Source: Minutocellus sp. GHC0000111 (lineage: Eukaryota). From it: 64,000 bases of DNA. The DNA lies in NCBI GenBank assembly GCA_977018835.1, contig OZ361259.1, positions 2,728,001 through 2,792,000 on the forward strand, given 5' to 3'. The translations under genes and the position numbers were made by a program. Shown here in pieces: positions 1-10,703 of the stretch (the first letter of the stretch is position 1; every line of letters begins with the position of its first letter). The notes beneath the pieces are model-generated. The model saw only the letters and a list, made by a program, of their open reading frames with translations, searched no databases and was not told the DNA's origin.

Positions 1-553
1 AGAGAGATGCCAACGACTGGAGCGCAGCTAGGAAGCGGGGATTCGTCGTGTCGCCTTGGCTGCTCTGAAGGGCGTCGAGTGCTTCAGCCTTGGTCTGAAG
101 AAGCAGCTGCTGGGCAGATTCCACCACCTCCTGCGTCAGCTTGGGAACTGGAGGCTCACTACTAACATCCTTTGCCGACGATCGTCGGATTGGGAGTAGG
201 ACATCGTCTGCTATTTTCAGCGTTTTCCTTACACCATCGCCACCTTCCACACCAACCTTATTGCTGCTGTCCTTGCTGACGGCCATCTGCATGTCTCTCC
301 AATAGTAATCGTGCTTCGCCTGGTTTCGACGTTGGAGCTTCCTGGCGGCGGACAATGGCACACCAAGGCGCTCACACTCGGCGATGAACTCGGCGCTGAG
401 CTCTTCTTGTTGTTCTTGTTGCTTCTGATCTGTCTTGGAGGTGTCTTCTGGTTCTTCTTCCGGAGTTTCGTGATGAACTGGTGACGAATGCGAATCAAAT
501 TGCGGCTCGGGGTTTTCGTGATGATGATGCGAGTGAAGAATGATGGTGGTCAT
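1..553 (-). CDS. Hypothetical protein, 5' part (runs off the window edge)
   Basis: Translated by hand from the ATG at 553 (MTTIILHSHHHHENPEPQFD...ELSAEFIAECERLGVPLSAARKLQ...). No stop occurs before position 1. It is not in the ORF track because it is incomplete. Confidence 0.6.
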   Translation of the reverse strand, partial: MTTIILHSHHHHENPEPQFDSHSSPVHHETPEEEPEDTSKTDQKQQEQQEELSAEFIAECERLGVPLSAARKLQRRNQAKHDYYWRDMQMAVSKDSSNKVGVEGGDGVRKTLKIADDVLLPIRRSSAKDVSSEPPVPKLTQEVVESAQQLLLQTKAEALDALQSSQGDTTNPRFLAALQSLASL

Positions 554-1080
554 GTTCTGCGACGAAATGTCCGCGGAGACTACTTTGGAACGAACGTATC
601 AGGATCAACTCAGTATCAGGGCCAGGTGAACACTACAAAAAGAAGCGAGGAATCAATGAGAGCGGGATATGCGTGGCTCGTGCCGCGGCAATAATGGCAA
701 CTTTGGCTTTGGCCTTTGACGCCAACGACGCCAGTGACCTTCACGATCTGGTCGTGAAGTCAAGGACGGAAAGTCGCCGTGCAGGAAAGCGAAGCGTTGG
801 TCGACAAATGATTTGGAAGATCTGACACAAACACACGTTCTCCTGACGCCTGCGACAATCCACGGATTTCGACGGTCTTGGGTCTTGGGTGTTGATGCAA
901 TGATGATCTCGGGGCGACAGGCGAGCAGAGTGCGGCGCCAACGTCCAACATGCATTCTCCAACTGTTCGTGTGTCGAAGTCAGGAAGGCCTACATTCAGA
1001 TCTACGAGCTCGTAGCTTAGACGAAAGGCATTCCATGGGTTCATGCGATTAAAAAAAAATTCAAGATCAAATTGAAATTC

Positions 1081-1190
1081 CTAGCTAGATCTAGCAGAGA
1101 TAGACTCTCTCTCTCTCTCTCTATAGAGCTCTCTAGAGATCTCTCTAAGATCTACCGGCACGAACTCGCATACATGTAGATCTAGAGACA
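1081..1190. repeat. (CT)n microsatellite embedded in nested TA-bounded palindromes
   Basis: ctagctagatctag...ctctctctct...tagagctctctagagatctctcta...tacatgtagatctaga. Confidence 0.8.
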
Positions 1191-1192
1191 AT

Positions 1193-2986
1193 CTACCTCC
1201 TCCTCTTCATCAAGGTTTGGGCGACAACAGCGGCAACTCCAACGACGATAGCGGCAACGGCAGCCTTCTTCACTTGCTTGGCAATATCTGCCTTGGCAAG
1301 GCGCTCCTCAATTCGCTTTTCCACAAAGGCCTGGACAACAGCGGCATCATTGGGGCAGCTCGAGGATCGTGTCTTGAGCTTCCAAAGCTTCGCCAACTCC
1401 TTCGGCGGGGGAGGGAGAGGATCAACGGCTCGACGGCATGCATCGGGGAATTTGCCATCATGTGCCGTTGCCAAGGCAACGGTGTGCATATTCACCTCCT
1501 TCACCTGATGGATGGCCGAAACGCCGACGGCACTGTGCGGGCAGAGCATGTACTTGTACTCATCATTGTACTTCTTGATCACCTCGAGAGTCATTGCGGT
1601 ATCGGCACGGGCCGACGAAAAGTCCTTCTTGGCCTGGTCCAAAAGCTTACCACTGATGGTGAGCTTGCCCGTCGTCTCGAAATCCTTCATCCATTTTGCC
1701 AGTGTGGTGGAATCATCGCCAGCAAGGTGGAACAAGTATCGCTCAAAGTTACTGGAAACGCAGATATCCATCGACGGACTGATCGTCTTGTTGATATCGT
1801 ACCGGTGATACTCACCCTTGGTGAAGAATCGGTGGAGGATATCGTTCTCATTGGTCGCAACAATCAGCCTGCCAACGGGAAGGCCCATCTTCTTGGCGTA
1901 AAATCCGGCAAGGATGTCGCCGAAGTTGCCGGTGGGGACGGAAAAGTTGACCGCCTCCACGAGGGGGTGCTTGTCCGTAACGCGCAAGTAGGACCAGAAA
2001 TAGTACGTGGTCTGCGCCAGGACACGGCACCAGTTGATCGAGTTGACGGCACCGAGGTGGACGCGCTCCCGGAACTCCTTGTTGTTGAAGGAGGCCTTGA
2101 CGATGTCCTGACAATCGTCAAAGGTACCGTCGACGGCGACGCAGTGAATGTTGGAGTCGGGGACGGTGGTCATCTGCCGCTCCTGGATCTCACTGACGCG
2201 GCCCTTGGGGTAGAGGATGACGCAGTCCACACCCTTCTTGCCACGGAGGCCGTAAATGGCAGCCGAACCGGTATCGCCGGACGTGGCGCCAAGGACGGCG
2301 AGACGTCCACCGTTGGAACCAGTCTCAAGGAAGTATTCAAAGAAGTTGCCCAGCATCTGAAGGGCAACGTCCTTGAAGGCAAACGTCGGTCCATGGAAAA
2401 GCTCCTAACCACACAGCCAGCACAACATCCAAAAACACATGTATCATTTCACATCGATATCAGTACGATTTTGATGGATGAGAAGAATGTTGAAAAAGTG
2501 AGCACATTATGTGTCATTTTGTTTTGGGAAGCATGTACATCGTACAGCAACCACTACGATACGGCACATTAAGCCACATTGCATAACGATATCAGAATGA
2601 ATCAGAAGCGGTGCATGCACAGATTGACCGAGATGGACAAAACACAAGAAAGGACGCACCAGGATCATGTGACCACCAACGTCGATGACGGGAGTCACGT
2701 CCTCGCTGCGGAAGGCGGCGCAGCTCTTCTCCACGATCTCGGCCAGCTTGGCGCGGGGGACCTGGTCGTCCTTGACGAACTTGCCAATGACGTTGGTCGC
2801 CAGCTCGTGATACGGGAGGGACCTCCAGGATTCCACCTCCTCCTTGGTCACGGTGGGGAAGGCGTCGGGCACGAACAGGCCGCGGTCGTGCGACAGGCCG
2901 CGCATGACGACGTCGCGGAAGGACAGGTTGGCCTGGGTGGGACATCCTCGCGTGGAGGAGTAGGTGATGGACTTGTCGGCCGACAT
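1193..2986 (-). CDS. thrC: Threonine synthase (PLP-dependent), 2 exons, with a C-terminal hydrophobic tail
   Basis: Exon 1 has YSSTRG...GLSHDRGLFVP. A GT-AG intron at 2659-2405 joins ...HMIL to ELFHGPTFAFKDVALQ (PLP lysine motif). Also ATSGDTGSAA, VNSINWCR, SVPTGNFG, SPSMDI, CPHSAVG and ATAHDGKF. Confidence 0.95.
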
Positions 2987-3679
2987 GGTGGTTACTTATT
3001 GTCTCTCACGATACGATACGATTGATTCTCCTGCTGGTCCAGGTGATGGCTGACGTTTTCAGTTTTCGAAAAAATGGATGAATCTGCCTCGCGATTACCG
3101 GCTTACTATGGTGTTTCCGGGTTCCGTCTCTTCGACGTCATCGTATCGTCATCGAATCGTCATCGAAAGCAGGCGGAGAGACTCATAACCCATTTCGCGG
3201 ACGCAAGCAACCAGCATCCAACTCAAATTACGTGAATAGAATAGAACCATGGCTGGCGCGGTACGTACATGATGCGCGACGATGGTTCATGCATGTGTGT
3301 GTTGGTGGCGATGAGGTTGGATAGACGGCAAGCGTGCCGCGAAGGGCAGCGTTGGCGCAACTTTGCGAAGGGTCGTCGTCGTCTCTGGACCTGCCGTCTG
3401 GAGAGGTCATGGCGGTCCAAGCACGAGGCAGGAAGAAGGCTGCTCGATATCTGCTGAATACCAAAATACTCACCTACTTGCTTTTTCTCTACCTCTCATG
3501 TATCTCTCTCGGTTATTGAACTCGTCGTTGCGTTGGTGTTAATCTGTCTCGATGGAATGTGCTCTTCGTTGGGATGATCTCGATCGATCGATCGATTTGG
3601 CACCATTTTGGAAACGAAATAACCTATTGGAAATTGCGTGTATGCCGACGTTGCCTCGTCCCCATTTGATGCACAACAG

Positions 3680-4261
3680 CGAGTACTCGGAACTACTGGT
3701 CCCAAGAAGGCCAAGAAGGCTGCCGCCACCACCGGCAAGTCCGCCCGCTTCTACCCCGCCGACGATGTCAAGCGTCCCCTCCCCTCCCGCAAGAATAACA
3801 AGCAGGCACCCAAGATCCGCTCCTCCATCACCCCCGGCACCGTCCTCATCCTTCTCGCTGGTCGCTTCCGCGGCAAGCGCGTCGTCTGCCTCAAGTCTCT
3901 CGAGTCCGGCCTCCTCCTCGTCACCGGCCCGTACAAGGTCAACGGTGTCCCCCTCCGTCGGGTCAACCAGGCCTACGTGATCGCCACCTCCACCAAGGTC
4001 GATGTCTCCGGCGTCGACGTTGCCTCCTTCGACGATGCCTACTTTGCCCGCTCCTCCTCCGCCGACGGCGAGGGTGAGGAGGAATTCTTCGAGGGCGACG
4101 CCGCCAAGCCCGCCATCGTCTCCGACCAGCGCAAGGCCGACCAGAAGAAGGTCGATGCCGCCGTCATCAAGGCCGTCGAGGCCACCCCCATGATGAAGGG
4201 ATACCTCGCCGCCAAGTTCAGTTTGCGAAATGGCGACAAGCCGCACAAGATGGTCTTCTAA
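3680..4261 (+). CDS. RPL6: 60S ribosomal protein L6 (eL6); 5' exon not resolved
   Basis: [26 protein letters not shown]...[32 protein letters not shown]...PHKMVF. Strong C-ending codon bias. Likely splice acceptor cacaacAG at 3678-3679. Confidence 0.95.
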   Translation, partial: RVLGTTGPKKAKKAAATTGKSARFYPADDVKRPLPSRKNNKQAPKIRSSITPGTVLILLAGRFRGKRVVCLKSLESGLLLVTGPYKVNGVPLRRVNQAYVIATSTKVDVSGVDVASFDDAYFARSSSADGEGEEEFFEGDAAKPAIVSDQRKADQKKVDAAVIKAVEATPMMKGYLAAKFSLRNGDKPHKMVF

Positions 4262-4698
4262 ATGGACATCAAATGTAAAGCGGATTGTCAATCTATATAG
4301 TAAATTAGAGCGTGAGCTTATCAAAAAACCTTGCGTGCACATACACGCGATTGTCAGAAGAAGAGGTGGATGGATTTGCTGGTGGTGTACACGTACCGTA
4401 TGATGAAAAAGGATTGTCTGGTATTGAATGTCAACAGAAGCGAACGATACGGAGGACGGAAGACGAAGATGCATTGCAAACCACACTTGCCTTGCAAAAG
4501 TAAAAGAAGACGACAGCCATGGCTTGCCAAGCACTGTTGTCGATGAAGGCTCTCCTCCCCCCTTTCGTCGTCTCTCCAACAATTATGATGTTCGAATATT
4601 TTAGGTTCTTGGTACGACACGTTAACTATGGATGAGGCAATGAGGCTCGAACCCGCGACCCGCAACCCGCCGAACCCACGCCATGGCGACTCTTGATC

Positions 4699-6081
4699 AT
4701 GGTGGCTCTTGAAGCAGGAAAACGGCGATCAGCTACAGTTGCGCTGTGGATCACGTACATAAACATCGTTCTATACGCACTTTGCTATCAACTGCAGCGT
4801 CCGGTGGAACCATTCCTGGTTGCCAAACTCACCACGTCCGCCGATGGTGATGACGCCACAACTGATGATGCCGCCATCATGTATGGCCGGGTCCAGTCCT
4901 TCTTCTCTGCCATTCAAACAGTGGGATCGCCATTGGTCGGAATCTTGCTCGATCGAATTGGAATTCGGACGACCTCAGCGCTGGTGTTTGCTGCTTCAGC
5001 TCTGAGCTATGCCATCCTGGCTCATGCTACTGATCTTACAACTCTCTTCCTATCCAAAATACCGACGGTCCTTCAGCACGCCTTCTTGGTAGCCCAGGCC
5101 ACGGCAGCTACCGAGGCTGGTTCAGACGACGCCCTTCGAGCACAGGCTCTGGGACGAATGACCACTTCGTACACTATAGGTGCAACAATCGGTCCTGCTC
5201 TCGGGGGCTATTTAGCGCACGGCGATGGAGATGATAGTAAGGTGGGCGATATGTATTTTGGGGCTTGGCTCGCAGTTTTCGGATCAATCATTTCAGTTGT
5301 ACTGAGTTTGCTGTATTTGCCTGATGAGCACTACCACGCTGGTACATCATCCGATGCATCTACGAAAAGTAAAGCACAGCAACAATCCAACAGTTTTCTT
5401 GCCGATGTCAAAAAGACAATTAATATTGCAGCCCGATCACATATTTGGCCACTCCTCGCCGTCAAGGTTATCGGCGGGGTGGCAAGATCGATGCATTCCA
5501 CAGCTCTGCCATTGGCACTGAAAGAAGGTCTTGATTTTGACCCAGCTCAGCTCGGTATGGTCATGTCTTCTGCAAGCCTAGCTGTTGCTGCGTTTGGCGC
5601 CGTTGCCTTGAAGCCTTCGACCAATGCTCTTGGAAGCGAGGGTCTGGCTCGCCTAGGGTTGGCATTTCGAGGTGTAATGGCAATATCAATCGCGCGCATT
5701 GTCTCGTCCTATTCGTTGTCAGAGTCATTGTCATCGAAGAGTCCTGTATTCATTCGAATTTGTACAGCTTCTGTTGCACATGCTCTTGCTTCTCATGCAT
5801 TGGCCACCGCATTGACGACGATGACGACTGGAGCAGTTCCAGCCTCGGAGCGCGGAGCGATTCTTGGGCTTGAGCACGGTCTGTTCTCTTTCGTTGGTGT
5901 ATTTGCGCCCACGGCCGGGACAGCATTACTCGCCAGGGGTCGTGGCTTTTGGAGTGTGGCCTTGGTCAACGCAGCAATTGACGCAGCACTAGTCGGGGGT
6001 CTTTACACATGGACTCGAATAAGGAGAAGTTTTGGGGGTAAGAGTGGAAGCCAGGCTGATAAAGACGAGCACAGTGACTAA
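4699..6081 (+). CDS. Major facilitator superfamily transporter (TetA/SLC22A18-like)
   Basis: Multiple hydrophobic helices. MFS motif A (GILLDRIGIR), motif C-like GATIGPALGG and ERGAILG. Confidence 0.85.
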   Translation: MVALEAGKRRSATVALWITYINIVLYALCYQLQRPVEPFLVAKLTTSADGDDATTDDAAIMYGRVQSFFSAIQTVGSPLVGILLDRIGIRTTSALVFAASALSYAILAHATDLTTLFLSKIPTVLQHAFLVAQATAATEAGSDDALRAQALGRMTTSYTIGATIGPALGGYLAHGDGDDSKVGDMYFGAWLAVFGSIISVVLSLLYLPDEHYHAGTSSDASTKSKAQQQSNSFLADVKKTINIAARSHIWPLLAVKVIGGVARSMHSTALPLALKEGLDFDPAQLGMVMSSASLAVAAFGAVALKPSTNALGSEGLARLGLAFRGVMAISIARIVSSYSLSESLSSKSPVFIRICTASVAHALASHALATALTTMTTGAVPASERGAILGLEHGLFSFVGVFAPTAGTALLARGRGFWSVALVNAAIDAALVGGLYTWTRIRRSFGGKSGSQADKDEHSD

Positions 6082-6174
6082 ATTTATGTAATGCATGTAC
6101 CTTGCCGAGAAAAGCATCCGCAACGGAATATATCATTACTCTATTTGTCATTTTTGGCACTCTCTTCGTCTCCA

Positions 6175-7905
6175 TCATCTTTTGCATCTTTTCCTTTTAT
6201 CTACATCTCGCTTTCCGCGACGAAAGAGTGATTTTGTGCCCGCCTTTATTTTTGCAGGTACCGATTTCAGAAACGAAATTGGTTGAAATTTTCGTATCCG
6301 ACCTGGAAGACTCTTTAGAAATGCCAAAATTTCTTTTGGTGTTGGTACTTGGATGCTCCCGGTCTCTAATCCTTGCTGAATTAATCCAGCGATGAGTCCA
6401 AGTGCACCTCCGGCAATAATGAGCGTCAACTCATCTTCCTGGAAAATAGGATGAAGGACTTGCTCAAATTGCACGCTCGACATCTTTTCCATTTGCACTC
6501 TAAGCGTTTCGCGTAGGCCCAGCTTTTCATTGACGTAATCATGTAGGACGTGGATATGATTTGGAAATTTCTCAATCGCAGATTTGGCAGCTGACGACAT
6601 CATGGCGGGGTCAATATCCATTTGCAACGCGCCAGTTACGCTCGACACAAATTTGAGCAAATGTGCAGTGAAGAGCTTGTGAAATGCGGGCTGTGTTTCA
6701 GGATCTGTGAGAATGCTGTTCCATAATTCCTTGGAATTCAAGACATTCCTTGCAAAAAATGAGCTAAATTCCTCAGCATCTTCCTTTTGCCGTTTGAGGA
6801 ACATTCCCTGCAAAACAAATGGGCCGACTTTGGTTGGATTTACAGGCTCAAATATCCACTTTAGTGCCAACCAATTTGTAGCAAGGCCAACGATGCAGCC
6901 CCCGATACTTAGACTCCAAGGATTGTCCCAAAACAGAGCAACGATCATTTGAATAATGCCCAACAAAAAGCCAAACCATAGTCCGCTATTGGTGAGAAAA
7001 TCCAGCTCTGCTTGCCCACACTTTTTGAATAGTGTGCCAAGCAGCGACCGATCCTGCATCATCTGATTGATCACACAATTCTTCACGCTGAGTAGAGAAT
7101 CAATATTATCCTGCATACCGATGGTCAGACCACGTAGGAAACGAAGATTCTTCTCCCGTAGCCAGTCCACCGTCTCAGTGGGCAGACCATCAAAGACAGT
7201 TTTTGGGAATTGTGCCAGCCACCGCGGGAAGGACTCATCGAGGATATTTTGACCAAGTTTGGGAACTTCAGGAGCCAGCAGCTCGGCACAAATCTTGGGA
7301 TCCAAGCGTCGAAATACCTCCTGAACATTGAGGAGTTGCGTGGTCACCATGTTGACCATCGTCTCCGACATTTTCCGCGTCTTGCATGGAACGATGCCCT
7401 GCCACCCCAGCAATCCAAGTGGAACTTCATCCTTGCGCAGTATATCGATCCCCCTGAATTCAATGGGGTAGAAAATCATTTGAACAGCCAGCCAATTTGT
7501 AAACCAACCAACAAAGGCTGCAATGAAGGGAATGATGAGGTACGTGCCAGGCCGCTTTCGAAACTTTGCTCCTGCCTTGCGAAATGGTGCAATCAGTCGC
7601 TCCCGCTTTGTCAATCTTTGACCCTCTTCCCCACTTGCTGTTGTTGTTAGTCGAAAGGAATCTGAAAATGGCCGAGCAAGGTTTATCCGTGCTCGTTGTG
7701 ATTGTAGCACATGAGACGATGAAGATACGCCGCCGGCGGAAATATTCGACGAGGCAGACCTGCCAGTCAGTCTCACAGGCGGGGCAGTAACCAAAGATGC
7801 ATCGCGTATTGTGAACGATAATGCCCCATCTGGTATCCATACGCTTGCGGAAAGGCACAGGAGCAGGGTGGATAATTGTGATGGGGAGCTTGTGGGCCTC
7901 CTCAT
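6175..7905 (-). CDS. DUF445-like membrane protein with a predicted plastid presequence
   Basis: Duplicated motif GWFTNWLAVQMIFYP / GLATNWLALKWIFEP; WQGIVP; FQEDELTLIIAGGALG. N-terminal signal peptide (…GALSF) followed by a Ser/Arg-rich transit peptide. Confidence 0.75.
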   Translation of the reverse strand: MRRPTSSPSQLSTLLLCLSASVWIPDGALSFTIRDASLVTAPPVRLTGRSASSNISAGGVSSSSHVLQSQRARINLARPFSDSFRLTTTASGEEGQRLTKRERLIAPFRKAGAKFRKRPGTYLIIPFIAAFVGWFTNWLAVQMIFYPIEFRGIDILRKDEVPLGLLGWQGIVPCKTRKMSETMVNMVTTQLLNVQEVFRRLDPKICAELLAPEVPKLGQNILDESFPRWLAQFPKTVFDGLPTETVDWLREKNLRFLRGLTIGMQDNIDSLLSVKNCVINQMMQDRSLLGTLFKKCGQAELDFLTNSGLWFGFLLGIIQMIVALFWDNPWSLSIGGCIVGLATNWLALKWIFEPVNPTKVGPFVLQGMFLKRQKEDAEEFSSFFARNVLNSKELWNSILTDPETQPAFHKLFTAHLLKFVSSVTGALQMDIDPAMMSSAAKSAIEKFPNHIHVLHDYVNEKLGLRETLRVQMEKMSSVQFEQVLHPIFQEDELTLIIAGGALGLIAGLIQQGLETGSIQVPTPKEILAFLKSLPGRIRKFQPISFLKSVPAKIKAGTKSLFRRGKRDVDKRKRCKR

Positions 7906-8208
7906 TATTCCGTTGGTCTTCTGATGTGCGGTATGTGCTGGAATCCGCTGAAAGAGTGACAAAACGCAAGCAACAGATTGGTCCCAACTTTTGAACCTTT
8001 AATATTACGTAGATAGAGTAGGGCTGCTGCCTTTACTATCGGGTGCCTGCAATCGGAGTCAGGGCAGGGCTTCTTGAAACTGGGCTGGCACTGCTCCTTG
8101 CCTTCGTGCGTGTTATGTTGATGGCTGTGCATCTCTACCGGAACCTCCGGGTACCTGAATCTTCATATCGATATCCATCCAGCTGACACAACAATTCCTT
8201 GCTTCAAG

Positions 8209-8850
8209 ATGATGACCGCTCTCCTTTGTGTCGTTGCTCTCGTCCTTACGATTGTTACGACGTCCGAAGCATTTCAGAATCAGCCGACCTCTTTGTCGAA
8301 GAAAGCATGGAGTCGATTGGCCGATGCAACTGATTCAGAAGATGCTGGTGGTGACGATGGCGACGTCGACTCCTTTCTGGCAAAGAATTATCCAGAGGTT
8401 AAAGGCTTGCTCGACTCCAACGATGAGGTGCTGAAGAAGCTTCGAGAGGCGTCGAAGTCTGGATACACAATATTTGCGCCAACCTCCAAGGCATTTGCAG
8501 ATCTGGGCGACAAGAAGCTCGGCCAGCTTGATGATCCCCGGAACTTGGAGGTTCGAGAAAAGATTGCCGCATATCATGCCATACCCGAGCCAGTTACGGC
8601 CGAGGAGCTATTCAACGCCGGTGGAGTTATCACATGCGGCGGCGAAATACCCACCTTTCTTGTTGGTGGCGGCTTGTTTGGCTTCCTCGGGGGTGGCGAC
8701 AAGGAAGACGGCACGGTCACAATTAATGGGGCGAAACTCCTTCGCTCGACAACGATCGGCAACAGTGTTGTTCATGAGGTTGATGTATTGGTTTCTCCAA
8801 AGATCCTTTGGCGTTATGCAGATCAACTTCGAATTCCTGGTTCAAAATAA
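8209..8850 (+). CDS. Fasciclin (FAS1) domain protein, probably plastid-targeted
   Basis: YTIFAPTSKAF (H1), AYHAIP and VVHEVDVLV (H2). Signal peptide ends in SEA-F, an ASAFAP-like motif. Confidence 0.85.
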   Translation: MMTALLCVVALVLTIVTTSEAFQNQPTSLSKKAWSRLADATDSEDAGGDDGDVDSFLAKNYPEVKGLLDSNDEVLKKLREASKSGYTIFAPTSKAFADLGDKKLGQLDDPRNLEVREKIAAYHAIPEPVTAEELFNAGGVITCGGEIPTFLVGGGLFGFLGGGDKEDGTVTINGAKLLRSTTIGNSVVHEVDVLVSPKILWRYADQLRIPGSK

Positions 8851-9243
8851 TTTCAATTTATTATTTGTTGCTTTTTGCTGTTGCAATTTAGCTTTGATAT
8901 CGTATGGCATATTATCTTCAGTTTAGTTGGGCTGGCTAGCTCGAGAATAGAAAAATCACATAATGCGAAGAATATGTGCATATCAGCACAATGCGCACGG
9001 ATTCAAATAACGAATTGGTTCTCTAGATTGGTGCAATTGAGATAGGCGCTGTTCGGAGGTCTAGTTCGACGACAATGCCATACTAGTATGAGTATAACAG
9101 GCCGTCATCAAGCAAATGTCATTCACACGAAGATTCGATTCATTTCATTCTTAATTGTGAAGAGGAGTGGAATTCGAATTGCGGACTTGCTAGCTACGTA
9201 GCTCAAAGTAGAAAGATATATTTTTCGTATATAATTGTCAGGC

Positions 9244-9435
9244 TTATTATATTACTAAGTAGAACATAGATGGTCGCTGCCGCATTCACCTGAAGCGGCG
9301 CAGAAAAGGGTCGTTTTGGGTTGGTGGTTTGGTGGCTCTCAAACGCCCCGAGCTTTCTCAAGAATACCACCTCTCATAGATTCATTATTGATCAAAGAGA
9401 GACGAGCCTCTCAAGTGTTTTTATATTGTACATTG
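9244..9435 (-). promoter_or_regulatory. Conserved 3'-UTR element of silicanin paralog A
   Basis: In sense orientation it shares four blocks, in the same order, with 13770-13964: CAATGTACAATAT, TCAATAATGA, a 31-nt hairpin block and a 25-nt block. Confidence 0.7.
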
Positions 9436-9479
9436 CAAATAGTTTTGTGGAGGAAAAATGGAAACGAAATGCAGCAAAT

Positions 9480-10703
9480 TTACTCGGAAAGGTTGATCTT
9501 GGCGCGATCGAGCTTGGTCTTGAGGTAGTAAACGTAAGCGCCGAGGAGGATGAAGGATACGGAGAAGATGCCAATGAAGACGGCGGCGGTCTTGCTCTTG
9601 GCGGAGGATCCCTGAACGACGATGCCATCCTTTCGCACAATCTTGATGCCCTCGATGTAGTTGCAGGCGTTCTCGTTGGGGTAACGGACGTACTGGTTGT
9701 TGAGCTTGGTCTCGCACTTTCCGGCGTTGGCGTAAACCGCCTCCCAGGCCTCCTTGACCTCATCGGCGTCATAGTTGTCGTTCTGGTTGTTCTGGTCCTG
9801 CTCTTGGTACTCCTTGGTGGAGACGCACTCCATGTCCACGAGGGACTCGGAGGAATAGGGGAGCTTGTGGCCGCCGGTCATCTTATAGTAGAAGTCGTCG
9901 TGATCCTCAACGAAGTTGGTGCAGAACTCATCGGTGAAGACACCCATGAAGATCTTGCCGCCCTGGTCGGAGCAGTAGGGCCCCATGAAGTACTGGACCT
10001 CCTCCTCGGCCTGCTCGAGCTTACGGCGGTTGCCGTTGTTGTACTGCCAGTTGTAGTAGGCGTTCTCGTCGAAGTCGATCTGGCCGCACTCGAGCATCTG
10101 CTCGATCTGGGGCTCCTCATAGCCATCGTCCTGCTGGTTCTCGTTCTGGGCCTCGTAGGGGTTCTCGTCGACGCAGTAGTCCATGCCGGCGTCAACAAAG
10201 CAGTCGTACTCGCAGTACTCCTGGTTGTTGGCGTTCTCGCAGTTGCAGGTGGTCTCGGCGTAGACCTCGCAGTTCTGGAGCTTGTCCTCCCAGTAGGCCT
10301 GGAGGAAGGTGTCCATGTCGATGATGTAGTCACCGTAGGAGCTGTCGCAGCCGCCGGCGTTCTCGTAGGAGCACGAGGAGGTGGGGCAGAGGCGGAAGCG
10401 GACGAGGCGCTTGGTCTGGATGAAGGGCTCGTCCTGTCCGTCGGCCTCCTCGTTCCACTGGGAGATGTGGTGGCATCCCTGGAACTTGATGGAGTAGTCG
10501 GCGACCCAGGTGAACTCGATCTCCTCGTTCTGGTTCTGGTTCTGCTGCTGCTGGTCGAGCTTACGGGCCTTGGAGAGGACGCGGTGGCCGAGCTTGGAGT
10601 CGGCCTTGATGGCGCCGGGGGTGATGTCCTTGCTGGCGACGGGGACCTTCTTGGCCGAGGCAACGGCGAAGGTGGCCGCGAGAGTGGCGAGAGCGAACTT
10701 CAT
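9480..10703 (-). CDS. Silicanin-1-like silica deposition vesicle membrane protein (paralog A)
   Basis: Signal peptide MKFALATLAATFAVASA; RKL motif followed by an N/Q-rich segment; YSIKFQGCHH...RLVRFRLCP Cys-rich acidic luminal domain; second RRKL; one TM helix (AVFIGIFSVSFILLGAYVYYL) and a short tail. This matches the described Sin1 architecture. The true start is taken as the ATG at 10703. Confidence 0.85.
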   Translation of the reverse strand: MKFALATLAATFAVASAKKVPVASKDITPGAIKADSKLGHRVLSKARKLDQQQQNQNQNEEIEFTWVADYSIKFQGCHHISQWNEEADGQDEPFIQTKRLVRFRLCPTSSCSYENAGGCDSSYGDYIIDMDTFLQAYWEDKLQNCEVYAETTCNCENANNQEYCEYDCFVDAGMDYCVDENPYEAQNENQQDDGYEEPQIEQMLECGQIDFDENAYYNWQYNNGNRRKLEQAEEEVQYFMGPYCSDQGGKIFMGVFTDEFCTNFVEDHDDFYYKMTGGHKLPYSSESLVDMECVSTKEYQEQDQNNQNDNYDADEVKEAWEAVYANAGKCETKLNNQYVRYPNENACNYIEGIKIVRKDGIVVQGSSAKSKTAAVFIGIFSVSFILLGAYVYYLKTKLDRAKINLSE

